The notes beneath the pieces were generated by a model. That model was not told where the DNA came from. It made no database searches and saw only the letters and a list, made by a program, of their open reading frames with translations. The position numbers and the translations under genes were made by a program. From Octopus bimaculoides (Eukaryota), in the NCBI RefSeq assembly GCF_001194135.2, contig NC_068983.1:136181911-136245910 (forward strand): a stretch of 64,000 nucleotides of DNA, in the 5' to 3' direction. Shown piece by piece: positions 23,661 to 35,654 of the stretch; position 1 is the stretch's first letter; every line of letters starts with the position of its first letter.

Positions 23661-24427
23661 TTAAGCAAGTCATAGACTACATAGAATCAGCTATACTGTG
23701 TGATTTTTCTGTTATTGTTTAACAATTCTTACTTCCTTAACATCTAGAATAAGTTTAAAATATGGTATTGGTAACTTAAATTTAAAAAAGAATAAATAGG
23801 TAAAATGTAAGGAACTAGGAAGGTACTATGAGAAATTCCCCAATACATTTTTCTTCATTGCATATTCTTTACTCTGTATCACTTTATTGGAATAAATGGA
23901 TAAAGTAGATCATTCTCTACTTGATATGGTTGATAGGTAAAGACTGGTGGTTGAGTATGCTGAAGAATGCACAAATTCAGTTTGCTTAACCCATTACCTA
24001 CCAGTGATCTCATATGAGATTGCTTAAAAATTACAAATTTCGTAATTATCTGTCAATATTTACACATATCTAACCTTTTTGCTATATCTACTAGGTATAT
24101 TTCTCTGATATTCAAATGAGGTTTGCTAATTTTTCACCCAATATCTCGCTTATTTCTATTTAAAATGTTATTTTGAAATGTTATTTTGATCATTCCAGCA
24201 TGTTTCTAAGGCTGTTTTATGCTAGAAATCAAAGTTTTATAAAAAAATTCCAGTTAATAGAATTATGGGAGGTAATGAGTTAAGGCACCAACACCAAATC
24301 TACAGCATCTACCAAATCTACTAAAGAAAACTATTTCAATAAACATCTTAACTGCAATACTGTGCATGGTTAACAACAGCTTCAATAGCATGGAGAAAAC
24401 AAATTAATTTTGGGGTTAGTAATAAAG

Positions 24428-24615
24428 GAAATACAATTAAACCTTGGGAGAGGCATTATGCCGGTAATAAACACACGCACTGGTTCAGTCCTTTATTAAT
24501 TTATATAGTTTTTTGTTAAATTATTTTAACATAATGCCTCTCCCAAGGTTTAATTGTATTTCTTTCAACACACGTATCCACATCAAGAATCTTGCACACG
24601 AAATACACATACGAA
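24428..24615. mobile_element. Non-autonomous element with a perfect 33-bp inverted repeat
   Basis: 24428-24460 is the exact reverse complement of 24530-24562, with a 69-nt spacer. Related to 8395-8545. Confidence 0.75.
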
Positions 24616-25399
24616 ATATAATAAAGGAAATGTTATACAAAACTAGGCTTAACCAAAGAATGTTATTGTTCTTTCTTTTTCCCCTGAATGATAAAAATAC
24701 CAAAAACATAGATATTTTTCCCTTGTTTTGTTTAGATTTGAATATTATTTTTTCATGTTAGGAGATCTTTTTCTTTTATTAACGAGATTTCCATCATAAA
24801 AGCTGTCAACAGTGAATAAAACAAACAAGCAAAACAAAAACAACTTGTTCCTTTCAAAATAAAGAATCAAGAAGGGAAGAAAATAGAACAGACTTAAGCA
24901 ACTGGTGCAATAAGTTGCCTAAATGAACTTTAACTTTAGTGTGGAAGTAAAATTTATAAATGAAATTAAATTCTAACAGTAAACCAAAATTGAAATCATG
25001 GGGGGGGGGGGCTTATCTCACCTTTAACTTTGTTGTTTTTAACATACAGAATAAACAATTTAAGGTTCAACAATAAAAGATGAGAGATATAACAGTTATT
25101 AAACAAAACTATTTCAAAAATTACAAGCATAATGGGCACTGTGTGTATGTGTATATTGTGTTTGAGTGTGTGTGCTCACTATAAGCATTTTATTAGCAAA
25201 GAGATAAGATATTTTAATTTATGAATAAAACATCATTATGTTCTTTTCTTCTGGGTCCAGTTGTGGCCACACTAGGGTACATTTTGTAAAAAATTTAACT
25301 ATTATTTTTGAAATTACATTTAACATAAATTGTGTGCTTTCAATGCTTTGGGTATTTGCTGTGGTTTGTTTTGTTGTCGTTGTCATCATTATTATTAAG

Positions 25400-25610
25400 G
25401 CAATAAGTGGGCCGAATTGCTAGAGTGTCAGGAAAATGCTTTGCATTATTTGTTCTGGCTCTTTACATCCTGAGTTCAAATCCTCATGAGGTCAATTTTG
25501 CCTTTCATCTTGTTTTGTAGGGTCAATAAATTGAAGTACTAGTCAAGTACTGAGGTTAATGTGATCGACTAGACCCTGTGGGTCAAAATTACTGGCTTTG
25601 TATATATATA
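25400..25610 (+). mobile_element. Family B SINE
   Basis: gtgggccgaattgctagag...aaaatgctttgc...tgagttcaaatcc...ttgcctttcatc. Confidence 0.75.
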
Positions 25611-26618
25611 ATGATTTTAGACATACAATATTGGGCACAAACAATATTTTATTATTCAAGTAAATGAAACTATGTCAGCCAAAATCTGAAACCAACTTCA
25701 ACTGACAAATCTATACTGAGTATATGTCCCTAAACATTAGTAACCAACTATTTTTTAAGTATGTAAAGTTATTTCAGAAGAAAAAGATAAGGAACGTTGT
25801 GGTATTAATTGCTTCCCCAAGGATATTAAGCATAAGAAAAACTGTCCTATTCAGTAATCGAAACCAGAGTTTGCAAATTCTACTTGCCAAGACTCCAACA
25901 TTCACCTTCTCCTGCCACTCACCTGCCATGGTCATTGGCAAATAGTAATACTGGAATTTGCTAGATTCAGATAATTCTTATGCAATGACATGGCTATTAT
26001 TTTCATTAATGCCAAATACAATTCCTCACAATGCTTAGTGACAAGTTGTTCATTTTTTTCTTCTCTCCACTGACTTTATCAATGTGCAGCTACTGTTGAT
26101 ACTACATCTGCAGCACCAGAGTAATGGAATAAGCTCCTGAAAGGATTATTTGTAACCTGTTCAATTTATTTTAAATGCAAGCTGCTCTCAACCAACAAAA
26201 ACTAGTAAAGGAATATAGCATTGTATGCTGGTTATGTAATACTCAAGATGAAAAGGCAATAGAGTTTGGGTTGAACAAAGATGAACAATCTATCAGGAGC
26301 TGATCATATTATTCATTGAGGTAAAATCTCAATATTTGTTTCTTAAATCAATATAATATATACCAAACATTATGTTGATTAACACTATATTTAGAGTGAA
26401 ACTATTATTTAAAGCTAGATAATTGTCACAGAAAAAATAAAAAGTAGAATCTGAAGCCAAAACAGATATACTATAACTACTTTATTATAATTATTGTGTG
26501 TATGTGTGTGTATATATATATATGTGTATATATATATATGTGTGTATATATATATGTATATATATGTGTATATANNNNNNNNNNNNNNNNNNNNNNNNNN
26601 NNNNNNNNNNNNNNNNNN

Positions 26619-26655
<37 letters not shown>

Positions 26656-27169
26656 CACATACACACAGACACATTATCTAAGCTTCATAGCAATTAATAA
26701 GCTGCTTTCAGCAAATCAGCAAGTAATAACATATGGCCAAAATAAAGCAGAGAAAATGCTTTCTATAAACAAAAAGCATATGGTAACAGTACATAAAAAA
26801 TGATGCATAGACCTTTCCTCATCCATCTGATGATGCCAGTGACTAGAGATGTGTAAACACAGAATCAGTGACTATAGCAACAGTGCAGAAGAAGTTTGGG
26901 AATAAAACCACTAGTTTTGAAGAATCTCAGAGTTTGTTATGCAAGGTTTATTACAATCTGTGCAAACATGTGCCTACAATAAGAAACAGCAAAAAATAAT
27001 GTTTAGAAACAAAATTGCCTGACTATATTAAAAATAAAATAAAATAACACAATTTTGAGAGCCTGACTTGATATATTATTAATTTATTGTTATTCTTATT
27101 ACTCAAGTTGATGGCATTGGCCATTCTGCTTCCCCTTTAAAATGTTAGTCCTGGGCTAAAATCATTAAT

Positions 27170-27390
27170 ATTATGGTGGCGGTGAGCTAGCAGGATTGTT
27201 AGCATACTGGACAAAATGCTTAGTGGTATTTCTTTTTGGCATTACATTTTGAGTTCAAGTTCCATCGAAGTTGACTTTGTCTTTCATTCTGTCAGGGTTG
27301 ATGAGATAAGTACAAGTTGAGCATTGGGTTTGATGTAATTGACTAACTCCCTCCCCCAAAATTTCAGACCTTGTACCTATAGTTTAAAAA

Positions 27391-27422
<32 letters not shown>

Positions 27423-27640
27423 TATTAGAGACTCAGAGTTTTTCTGAGCCTTAGAGTTTTCCTTCTTACTCTTTATGTTCTGAGTTCAAATCCTGCTATA
27501 GTCAACTTTACCTTTCATCTCTTCAGAGTGGATTAAACAAACCACCAATCAAGTACTGAAGTCAATGGTACTGACTAACCCACTCCCTTCAAAATGGTTG
27601 GCTTTGAGCCTAAATCAGAAATTATTATTATTATTATTTA
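27170..27640 (+). mobile_element. Two tandem family B SINEs, each with an (ATT)n tail
   Basis: Head ggtggcggtgagctagcaggattgttagc at about 27174; second body from about 27440; tails at 27395-27425 and 27621-27638. Confidence 0.85.
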
Positions 27641-28275
27641 ACTTGAATCAGGACTGGTCTTATTCCTGGCAGAGTTTATGTGTGTAGCAGGTTACAAGCT
27701 GTAACCTCACTTATCCACATGATTTCAATAAGCCATTGCCATCAAGTAATCAAACCTTCCAATGATGTTTCCAGTTCCTAAGAGGCAAACCTTCTGTAGA
27801 AGCTCTACAGGATATTCCATTCAAATCTGGTTTATCCATTTGTGTATGTTATCACTCACAGTCCCTATTACATTAATTATCACAGATACAACTTTTACAG
27901 ATTTCATGTCCCAAATCCTTGCAATTTCAAATTCTAAGGTGTTATATTTTTTTGGCTTTTCATCTACTTTCTTCACAATCTGGAATCAAATGGACATGAT
28001 GGATCAATCAGTAAACAAATTTCCTTGTATATCATTGTAATATCTGGCTTGCTATGTCCTCTCTTCTTATCTATTTGAATTGGAAAAAATCTTATAAAAT
28101 TTTGTATGTTTCTGAATCAAGTACTCTACCTGATGATTTTACCTGCTTCAAGCCCATTTTTAATAAAGCTTCCAGTATAAAACTGTCACAATTTGATCAT
28201 GCCTCCATTTCTTATATCCTTCCTGGGATAACTTTGGGCATTCTGCAATAGTGTGTGTCATTGTTTCATCCCAAA
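27640..28275 (-). mobile_element. R4/Dong-clade non-LTR retrotransposon 3' fragment (zinc knuckle plus restriction-like endonuclease)
   Basis: Minus translation ETMTHTIAECPKLSQEGYKKWRHDQIVTVLYWKL; KPDI; LLIDPSCPFDSRL; KKYNTLEFEIARIWDMKSVKVVSVII; LLQKVCLLGTGNIIGRF. Confidence 0.88.
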
Positions 28276-28329
28276 TTCCTCATACTTTACCTTTTGCTAC
28301 TGCTGCATCATCATCGTCATCATCATTTT

Positions 28330-28490
28330 TATCATTTAGGGCAGCAAGATAGCAAAATCATTACTATGCTGTACAAAATGCTTTTTATGTTCTGAAAATA
28401 AACACAAATCAAGCACTGAGGTTGATGTAATCAACTATCCCCCTTTCCAAAAATTTCAGGCCTATAATAGAAAGAATTATTATTATTATT
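28330..28490 (+). mobile_element. Family B SINE, internally deleted
   Basis: gcagcaagatagcaaaatcattac...aaaatgcttt...aaaatttcaggcctataatagaaaga, then (ATT)n. Confidence 0.65.
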
Positions 28491-28564
28491 TAGAAATTAT
28501 TTTGTAAGAAATTATTTAGATATTAGAAATCATCACTATTATTATTTATCATCATATTTTCAGC

Positions 28565-28830
28565 AGTTTTATACTAGTTCCTACAGCACCACCAGCAATA
28601 AAGGCAGTAACAACAGCAGTATGTCTGTGAGGTGAAGAGTGTGGCTGTGAATGCTGCTGCAGTTTTCAAAGCACCGTAAATCACAGCTCCAAGGATAGAG
28701 TAGAAGCAAATAAAACTGCTTCATTCTTGGTAACACCAGCACTGAAGGATGAAGTAGGGTACCAAGAAGCTGAGAGAGGCAGGGTCCTTCTCCAGCACAG
28801 GACCAGCCAGAGGCTCTTAGTAATAGATTA
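28565..28830 (-). pseudogene. Possible frameshifted membrane-transporter (MFS-like) fragment
   Basis: Locally GC-richer. A mosaic of minus frames gives FLVPYF / SAGVTKNEAVLFAS / ILGAVIYGALKTAAAF / TAVVTAFIAGGAVG and needs three frameshifts. Confidence 0.15.
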
Positions 28831-29014
28831 ACCCTTTTGTGCTGTGGAAATAGGCAGCAAAATAGAGAATAAAGGAAAAATGTAATATAATTTTTTATTT
28901 TTTCCTTACCTCCTATTACTACATATGCATGTACATCACATGCTTTGCAGCACCTTTAAAATGATACATTTAATATTGTAGATTTGTGCCATTGTGGTCA
29001 ATGGAAAATAATTA

Positions 29015-29356
29015 TTACTGAGTTGGCAAAATTGTTAGCATGTGGGACAGAATGCTTAGCAGCATTTCTTCTAATTTGCCTTTCATCCTTTCCTCCCCTT
29101 AGAATTGCTAGTTTTGTGTCCAAGTTAGAAGCAATTATTATTCTTATCATTAAGATGGTGAGTTGGCAGAAATGTTAGCACCTGGACAAAACGCTTAGAA
29201 GCATTTCTTCTAGCTCTTTATGCTCTGAGTTCAAATTCCATCAAAGTTGACTTTGCTTTTCATCTTTCAAGGGTCAATTGAATAAGTACCAATCAAGTAA
29301 CCATCCCTCTCTGAAATTGCTGGCATTCAGTCAAAATATGAAATTATTATTATTAT
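29015..29356 (+). mobile_element. Family B SINE head fragment plus a complete copy
   Basis: gagttggcaaaattgttagc at about 29020 and gagttggcagaaatgttagc at about 29160; (ATT)n tail at 29343-29356. Confidence 0.8.
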
Positions 29357-30640
29357 CAGATTTATAATAATCTATATTTTGGGAAATATATGAAGCATAT
29401 TTTTCTTGGAATTAGAACTGGATGCATTTTAGAGAATCTGCATAGAAGTGTTCAAGGTTAGCAAAAATCTTCATTATTTAACAGCTGTCTTCCATACTGA
29501 CATCAGAAAACATGTACAAAGATATTGAAGGTTAACAAGAATGTTCAAAGTTAATAAATGCTGGGTAACAATACCCTAACAAGATTTTAGCAAAGCTATT
29601 TTTTGCACTGTATCTATGTTTATCCTTATTGGTAGTTTGTCAATGTTCTTACAGAAATGGTTGTATATCATTCCAGTTGTGCCAATTACAAATGGAATGA
29701 TAGACACATTCCTGAATTCCATAATGTTTTTAGTTGAACAGCTAAGTCAGTGTAATTTCTTAGCTTTGCAACTTGGTTCTACATAATATTATAGTGATTT
29801 GGTATAGCTTTTTCAATAGTATACTATTGTCATTTTATCACAGAAAATGATGTCAGACATAAATATGCTATCAGGTGGTCTGTATGCTAAAAGTTCCACA
29901 GTATTTTCACATTTTCATTTCCTAAGATAGGTGACAGTTCATATGAGTACTAGAATGTTCTTACAGCAACTGAAGTTTGATGGCTAGCTCTGTTATGTTT
30001 GTGTGTCTCCATTTTTTTGTTTACAGAGATAGTGGGACATTTTGATACAGTATTGTGCACTGTGTATTGTCTCAGGAAAAGCACTGCATAGACAACATTT
30101 CTTGTCTTGTAGGAGTTGTGAATATTCCTTTCAATATATCCAGTAGTGATTGCCTGTTTCTCAAATTCTGTTGTTGCTTCCACTGCCAAGCTCAAGCCTA
30201 ATTAGTGCATCCAGGCCAGAAATGATTGTTTTCTTTCTTTTCACTTATATACAAGGGAATCCAGTTCACTAAAATATTGGCCATGTAAGGACAAGCCTTG
30301 ATAGTTTTTCCCCATGTTTGACTTATGCACAATCAATAAGTTTTTTTGTACTTCTAAACCTTAACTATTTAAAGTCTAACTCACGTGTGAGAATTTTGCT
30401 GTTGCAAAGATAAGTGATTTGTTACTTTTCTTATCATAATCAAGAAGAGCATGTAGCAGGCTTTCTTATAAGAATGGTATGCATGCCATTAATGATTACC
30501 TTCTAAAATTGCTCTTTGCCACTCTTTAAAACTCTACAACCCTTTGTTCTGGGGATGTACAGTCATTGTTAATTGTGTCTGGGTGTTAAGCATATGGTAA
30601 AGTAAGTGATGGTTTTGTTAATAGATTTCTAATATTACAA
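29357..30640 (-). mobile_element. Second R4/Dong-clade 3' fragment, different subfamily
   Basis: Minus translation LHGQYF (30288-30271); QAITTGYIERNIH; NTVSKCPTIS...HKHNR; VSIIPFVIGTTG; VQKIALLKS. This follows the R4/Dong order LHGQY...C...RHN...IIPxVIG...QKxxLL. Confidence 0.8.
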
Positions 30641-30692
<52 letters not shown>

Positions 30693-30694
30693 GT

Positions 30695-31000
30695 GAGGGC
30701 ACATGGCCTAGTTGTTAGGGTGCTGTACTCATGATCTAGCAATTATGATTTCAATTTCTAGGCCAGGTGGTGTGTTGTGTTCTTGAGCAAAACACTTCAT
30801 TCCGCATTGCTCTGTGATGACTTTGACACCTGACATGTGGTACACAGTGCACCAGTTCAGACAACATTGATTTGATGGAGAGAGTGAGCTAATGTGCAGC
30901 AGGAGCATTTGATCACTATCAACAAATCATTTGTGCAGATTGTTTGGCAAAAGCTGAACACTCATATCATATATCATTTTTGACAGGAGAGTCCATCATT
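30695..31000 (+). mobile_element. tRNA-headed SINE (family E)
   Basis: gagggcacatggcctagttgttagggtg (A box), then tgtgttcttgagcaaaacacttcatt (central-domain-like). Confidence 0.65.
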
Positions 31001-31011
31001 ATTATTATTAT

Positions 31012-31230
31012 TAAGGCAGTCAGCTGGGCGACCTGTTAGCATGTAGGGCAAAATGCTAAGTGGCATTTCACCCATCTTTACATTCTGAGTTCAAATTATG
31101 CTGAGGTCAACTTTACCTTTCATCCTTTAGATGTCAATAAAATAAGTACCAGTTGAGCACTGGGGTCACGGTAATTGACTTATTCTCTCCCCTGATTATA
31201 CTGGCTTTGTGCAAAAATTTGAAACCATTA
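31012..31230 (+). mobile_element. Family B SINE
   Basis: ggcaaaatgctaagtggcatttc...ttctgagttcaaatt...aataagtaccagttgagcactgggg. Confidence 0.85.
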
Positions 31231-32849
31231 TTATCAAAATTAAATTTTTACTTCTCAGAGCTCTTGATCTTACTTGCTCTGGTTAATTTTGTGAGAGCAG
31301 ACAACAACTTGTCAAAGGTCTCACAGGGTCTCCTTCCATGAATTATAAGACTTGATATTTAGATGTCAAGTATTGTAGAATATTATTATAATTATAATTA
31401 TTACCATTATTATTTATTCTTATCTGGTTAAAAAGTCTCGTAATAACTTTCAAAAATTTCTAGAATAGATCTGCTAGAAAAAACGGTATAGATGAAAGAT
31501 CAATCTTTGCATGATAGAGTTGTCAATTGAATTGTACTTCTGTTTATTCATGGTACTCATTTTTACATGATACTTAAAGGCAATTTTGAAGTGACAAACT
31601 AGAGAAACAAAACAATGCTGTAACAAAAATAAAAAAAAAACAACACAATATTTGTAACCCATTTGTATAAAATTGATTATTGTAATGTATTTAATGTGAG
31701 GTTCTGTTGCTTCTTTCTACCAGCTTGCTGCCTTTTGGCTAAGTATAATGAACAAGTTTTTCATTAGTATACAGTTACCAAAGCTCATTATAAAAGCGCT
31801 CTCACTGTTCCAGTGTTTAATTCTATCATTACTGTGCCAAAGGGGGCTTGATGTGAATGAATAGAAGAAGCATCAGACAATGGTTGAAAATACAAAAAGA
31901 AAAAATTGAAAAATTAAAATATTAAAAATAAATTAAGAACGTAAAATTACCAAGAAACAATCAAATTAAAGAATTATCAAGATTACAGGTAGAAATATTT
32001 GTTGTGAAGTAGTATCATTAAAAAATGTAACCTCTTCATCCCAGCTTGATTTCAATGAAGGAATAACAAAGAACAAAAAGCAAATATTTATAAAATATAA
32101 ATATCATTTTAAAAAGAAATCAAAAATTGTTTGTTAATCTTCTTTCAATGAAAATTCTACACACACAAGAAATGAAGAAAAAAAAATTGTGTAAAAATTA
32201 CATAGGATAAATTAAAAACTATGAATAATGAAGTTGAAAGATAACATTGAGAAATCTGTAAACACAAGACAGTTTTAACATTCTCATGTTCTTTTAAGGG
32301 CAGTCAAAGAACATCAGAGATGACTCAATTTAGAAAATATGCTATATTAATCAAGCCATTAAATGGATACAACAACAGTAACAATATTAATAATAACAAC
32401 AACCACAAAGCTGAAAGACCAGCATCAGAGGAAGTTATTTTTATTAAGACATAACAAGTAAAGTGAAAATTAAAAAAAGAAAAGAAAAAGTCAATTGTAT
32501 TCTTTATCAGGAAAAAAAAAAAAAAAAAAAAATTAGTGAAGATTTTGTTTTCTCTTCATAGATATAAATAATAACAATGAGTCATACTGTGAAGTGTTGT
32601 AAAAGTGGATTATTATAATTTATGATGAAGTAATACTTGAAATATTCACAAGAAATGAATATACAGTAGTAAATTGCAGTACACTGAATACAGAATACAA
32701 ATCTTTTAAATAAAGAAATTTAAATGAAAGAATATGTGTGCTTATATATGCACAGGTTGGTGTGCATGTGTGTGAATGCATATGTGTGTGTACAACTTGT
32801 ATGCATACATATGTATATATGCAAATACACACACAACCATATATATATC

Positions 32850-33119
32850 ATCATCATCAACATCATCATCGTTTAACGTCCGCTTTCCATGCTAGCATGG
32901 GTTGGACAATTTGACTGAGGACTGGTGAAACCAGATGGCAACACCGGGCTCCAATCTAATTTGGCAGAGTTTCTACAGCTGGATTCCCTTCCTAACGCCA
33001 ACCACTCAGAGAGTGTAGTGGGTGCTTTTACGTGTCACCCGCACGAAGGCCAGTCAGGCGGTACTGGCGGCATCCAGCTGTAGAAACTCTGCCAAATCAG
33101 ACTGGAGCCTGGTGTTGCC
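32850..33119. mobile_element. Family C repeat (minus) joined to an inverted partial second copy
   Basis: catcatcatcgtttaacgtccgctttccatgctagc starts the first copy. 32937-32984 versus the reverse complement of 33072-33119 is 45/48 identical. Confidence 0.85.
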
Positions 33120-33560
33120 NNNNNNNNNNNNNNNNNNNNNNNNNNNNNNNNNNNNNNNNNNNNNNNNNNNNNNNNNNNNNNNNNNNNNNNNNNNNNNNNN
33201 NNNNNNNNNNNNNNNNNNNNNNNNNNNNNNNNNNNNNNNNNNNNNNNNNNNNNNNNNNNNNNNNNNNNNNNNNNNNNNNNNNNNNNNNNNNNNNNNNNNN
33301 NNNNNNNNNNNNNNNNNNNNNNNNNNNNNNNNNNNNNNNNNNNNNNNNNNNNNNNNNNNNNNNNNNNNNNNNNNNNNNNNNNNNNNNNNNNNNNNNNNNN
33401 NNNNNNNNNNNNNNNNNNNNNNNNNNNNNNNNNNNNNNNNNNNNNNNNNNNNNNNNNNNNNNNNNNNNNNNNNNNNNNNNNNNNNNNNNNNNNNNNNNNN
33501 NNNNNNNNNNNNNNNNNNNNNNNNNNNNNNNNNNNNNNNNNNNNNNNNNNNNNNNNNNNN

Positions 33561-33612
<52 letters not shown>

Positions 33613-33917
33613 TGGATGATGTTTGTTGTGTTGTGTTGTTTCCTCTCCAAGGATGGAATAGGCTGCCCCAAAAATTTTGGATGCAGGCAACATGCAGAGA
33701 ATTGCACTAATTATGCAGCTATTCTTGAAACAGCTGTAAGAGACAATCTAAACACCTCTTTTCTTTCACTTTCATGGTTTTTACCAGTGATATTTTTATC
33801 TTGAGCACAATACTAGTTTCATTCAAAAGCAAATTTATATGGGACAAGAAAGTAGATTTACTATTTTTCTGGTTTCATGATGCACTGCCTTCAAGAATTT
33901 TGGCAAATCAATTGACG

Positions 33918-33968
<51 letters not shown>

Positions 33969-34013
33969 TACATACATATATACATACAGACATGCATTAT
34001 ATATATATATGTA

Positions 34014-35623
34014 CAGCCATACCTCACCCTACATCATTAATTGGTTCCAGGAGACACGACTTTAGTTGAATTAACTTGTTTCTAGGCTAGGCTAGGCTGA
34101 ATTACTTGTCTCTAGGCTAAACTGATAATAACCATTCCCAGTTCTGTACTTTATTTATGAATGCATTTTCAATAATACACGATTAATAAAAACCTATTTT
34201 AAGCTTACAAACAAATAATTTTTATTTTTTTATACAGTACAGTAAAAAAAATAATAATCTAAGTTTATGAATACAATTTGCCGGTGTTTACCATACATTG
34301 TGGACATTTATTTATGAATACGGTTTGCAATAAGATATGGTAAAATAAAAGCCTTCTTTAAGCTCAAAAAACAAATTCAGTAATTATTATTATTTTGCAA
34401 TAGTAAAAAAACTAAATTATTTTAAATTTGTCAATACATACAATTTGGTGGTTTACATCGCGTATGTAGATGGCTGTAGATTGTCAACATCAACAGCTGA
34501 CTTTGGTTGTTCTTGTTGTTTGATGCGCTTAAAAAACCAGTTGAGAATTCCTTGACCTGCCTTCTTCTTTTCCTCAAGGATTACATTATAAGGAGCAAAA
34601 GCTTCATGACAAGCCCCCATAATCTTGGAAAAGTGTTGAGCAATTCGATAGTAATGTTGGGGTCAAAATTTACGATATTTTGTGGGTGGCAAGGAGCATT
34701 ATCTAAGATAAGTAAAACCTTAAAAGGAATCCCCTTCACCTTATGGTACTTCTCTGCTGCTGAGATAAAATGATTGAAGAACCAATCTTCAAAAACAAGA
34801 ACAGTAACCCATGCTTTTGAATTAGCCATCCATATAACAGGGAGAGATGCCTTGGGTATGTTCTTCAGGGTACGGGCTTGTGTGCATGATACACAAGCAA
34901 TGGCTTTAACTTAAAATCTCCTGTACAATTACCTCCCAACATAATGGTCACCTGTTCTTTTGAGACCTTGTAGCTTGGAATAGTTTTCTCCTCCTTGGAA
35001 ATGAATGAACGGTCTGGTAATTTTTTCCAATACAATCCAGTTTCATCAATGTTAAAAATCTGTTCAGAAAGAAACTCATTTTCTTCGATGATTTTCTTTA
35101 ATGCGTTAGGAAATTCTGCTGCTGTTTGTTCGTCAGCTGATGCACTTTCACCTTGCTTTTAAATGAAGTGATAACTTCTTCACTCCTTAAATCTCATGAA
35201 CCATGCTTGACTTGCCTTGCAATTTACATCTTTCTTATCGGGATATTTTTTCTTCAGGTCCTCAAACAAAGACAACATTTTCTCTTGAATGATTTCTTGA
35301 CTAATAGTAGCATGCTGACGATTCAACCTAACAATCCCAAAATAAAGAAAACTTTCTATTTCTTTAAAGATTTTGCCTCTTTTCTTATTGATGACAGTGT
35401 TCTTCATCCCTGGGGCTTCAGATTTGATATGTGCTAAAATCTTGTCCTAATAGGCGCAGGAGTGGCTGTGTGGTAAGTAGCTTGCTTACCAACCACATGG
35501 TTCTGGGTTCAGTCCCACTGCGTGGCACCTTGGGCAAGTGTCTTCTACTATAGCCTCAGGCCGACCAAAGCTTTGTGAGTGGATTTGGTAGACGGAAACT
35601 GAAAAAAGCCCATCGTATATATG

Positions 35624-35654
<31 letters not shown>

